Source: an uncultured Candidatus Saccharibacteria bacterium (GTDB lineage: Bacteria > Patescibacteriota > Minisyncoccia > UBA6257 > GWB1-50-10). From it: 50,887 nucleotides of DNA. Shown here in pieces: positions 49,760 through 50,887 of this stretch. Position 1 is the first letter of the stretch; each line of letters begins with the position of its first letter. A program made the translations under genes and the position numbers. Location of the stretch: positions 1-50,887 of the forward strand of contig CAZGHF010000002.1 of NCBI GenBank assembly GCA_964525595.1, given 5' to 3'. A model generated the notes under the pieces. The model made no database searches. It was not told where the DNA came from and saw only the letters and a program-made list of their open reading frames with translations.

Positions 49760-50887
49760 TTATAATTTGTAAATGAATATTGAAGTGCCGGCGCGGGCGT
49801 AGGGTTCAACGTTCCGGAGGAAAGAGTATTCATCTTCGGGTTTGCGGTCGAGATCTTCGTCAATTTTGGCGTGGGCGCCCTGAAGAGTGTTGGCGGATAC
49901 GGCGAGCCAATTGATGCCGATGTCTTTCGGGTTGCCGCGGGCCGACCACCAACCCTCAGTTATGTCCTTGCCAAGGTGATATTGGGGACTGCCGCCGCCA
50001 AAGTAATCAACGGCAATTTTATCTATTCCTTTCTCGTCAGTGAATTTTTTCAGGAATTTCAGGTCCTGACCCCAATCGTAGTTCGAGTCGGTAACATGGC
50101 GATAGCCGTTTTTGGTTCCCCCGCCGAACTCATTGAAGTAAGAGAGGAAATGCGGAGAAACAAAGGCAGTTTCCACGAGAAACCAGACAAGGAGAATTCC
50201 CAGGAAAAGGGATTTGCCCTTCGTCGCCCTGGCCGAGTACCAGGATTTTATGGCGCCGGCCGAGAGTATGTAAATAAAAGGAATGGTAGGCAGAAGATGC
50301 CGGACACCGATGTTTAATGAGCTCTGGATGCTGTAGGCCCAATAGATAACGACGAAGAGAAGCATTGCAAATTCGGGAAAGTGAGTACCGAGATAATCGG
50401 TAAGAATTTTAAATTTTGAATTACGAATTTTGAATGTTTTTGCGATTCGCCACGAACCGAGGGCGAGAGCGAGAAAAATCAGGATTAGCGAAGGAATGGG
50501 TTCTTTGAGAAGAAAGACGACAGGGAAATAGTACCACCAGCCTTGGGCGGAGAGCTCGCCCAAGAAGTAAGCGGTGTTGCCGCCGGCGGCGCGCTGTAAA
50601 ATCATCAGAAGCCCGAAAAGGTACTGGCCGATGGGCCGGAGAACCGGGTTCTCAATAAGCCAGAAGTTAAAGTTCATAAGCCACTGCGGGTCGGAGCCGC
50701 CGAGGATGGCGGTTGCGTCAGTGAGCTGTTTCTCAGCCGGGTAGTTTAAGGTAAAGATGAAATAGACGGCGTAAATAACAATAAGAGCGATTAGAAATAT
50801 CCCGACTAAGCCCCGCAGGTATTTGAAAAAGTTTTTGCGGGCAAAAAATATAAAATAAATAATCGCAAGAAGGATGAAGTAGGGAAT
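49760..50887 (-). CDS. GT39/PMT-type (ArnT-like) membrane glycosyltransferase, 5' end outside the window
   Basis: I translated the minus-strand frame upstream of the track's ATG (50677). It stays open to base 50887 and encodes further TM helices (...IPYFILLAIIYFIFFARKNFFKYLRGLVGIFLIALIVIYAVYFIF...). The C-terminal soluble part, with TDSNYDWGQDL, is typical of this family. Confidence 0.6.
   Translation of the reverse strand: MPYFILLAIIYFIFFARKNFFKYLRGLVGIFLIALIVIYAVYFIFTLNYPAEKQLTDATAILGGSDPQWLMNFNFWLIENPVLRPIGQYLFGLLMILQRAAGGNTAYFLGELSAQGWWYYFPVVFLLKEPIPSLILIFLALALGSWRIAKTFKIRNSKFKILTDYLGTHFPEFAMLLFVVIYWAYSIQSSLNIGVRHLLPTIPFIYILSAGAIKSWYSARATKGKSLFLGILLVWFLVETAFVSPHFLSYFNEFGGGTKNGYRHVTDSNYDWGQDLKFLKKFTDEKGIDKIAVDYFGGGSPQYHLGKDITEGWWSARGNPKDIGINWLAVSANTLQGAHAKIDEDLDRKPEDEYSFLRNVEPYARAGTSIFIYKL

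Noticed and set aside
1-50887. rRNA and tRNA genes and other structured ncRNAs in intergenic gaps.
   Set aside because: All gaps longer than 60 nt were read. None shows cloverleaf-compatible stems, a T-loop GTTCRANYC box or rRNA-like segments. Only the SAM-I riboswitch was recognisable.

Overview
The window looks like a chromosomal segment from a small-genome, Patescibacteria/CPR-like bacterium. This placement is an inference from gene content only: an INS-less ProRS, a UPF0182 protein, a DUF5652-like peptide and compact co-directional genes. I see four sectors. (1) 1-15.2 kb holds a tightly packed, same-strand array of eight diverged paralogs (about 560-590 aa each) of an uncharacterised, cytoplasmic, cysteine-rich multi-zinc-ribbon protein. 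Only a leucyl aminopeptidase gene interrupts the array, and a 97-aa ORF follows it. (2) 15.2-29.3 kb is housekeeping: proS, mreB (with one in-frame TAA)-mreC-mreD-PBP2, greA, lysS, serS, an FtsQ-like gene and a SAM-I riboswitch with metK. Two conspicuously GC-rich ORFs flank metK. (3) About 29.9-43.1 kb is an AT-rich accessory/defence-type island. It contains a duplicated 60-bp repeat with a 40-bp perfect palindrome, an AbrB-like gene plus an unknown partner, and a full-length LexA fused to a beta-class DNA methyltransferase with a symmetric operator. It also contains a mini-HNH gene, a DGQHR (DndB-like) protein and a histidine-phosphatase-family protein. A three-gene operon follows: a Vsr-Dcm fusion, then a MORC-like GHKL ATPase fused to a histidine kinase, then a receiver-domain protein with an unknown C-terminal domain. 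Small cassette-like genes separated by a GC-rich intergenic motif close the island. (4) 43.3-50.9 kb holds rarA, UPF0182, an NDT-like gene, a cold-shock protein, ASCH, cupin and thioredoxin-like genes, DUF5652 and a partial GT39 glycosyltransferase. I found no rRNA, tRNA, CRISPR array, transposase or integrase. The best candidates for an undescribed system are the methyltransferase-linked two-component module (36.6-41.5 kb), the LexA-methyltransferase fusion locus (31.2-35.8 kb) and the eight-member Cys-rich paralog array.
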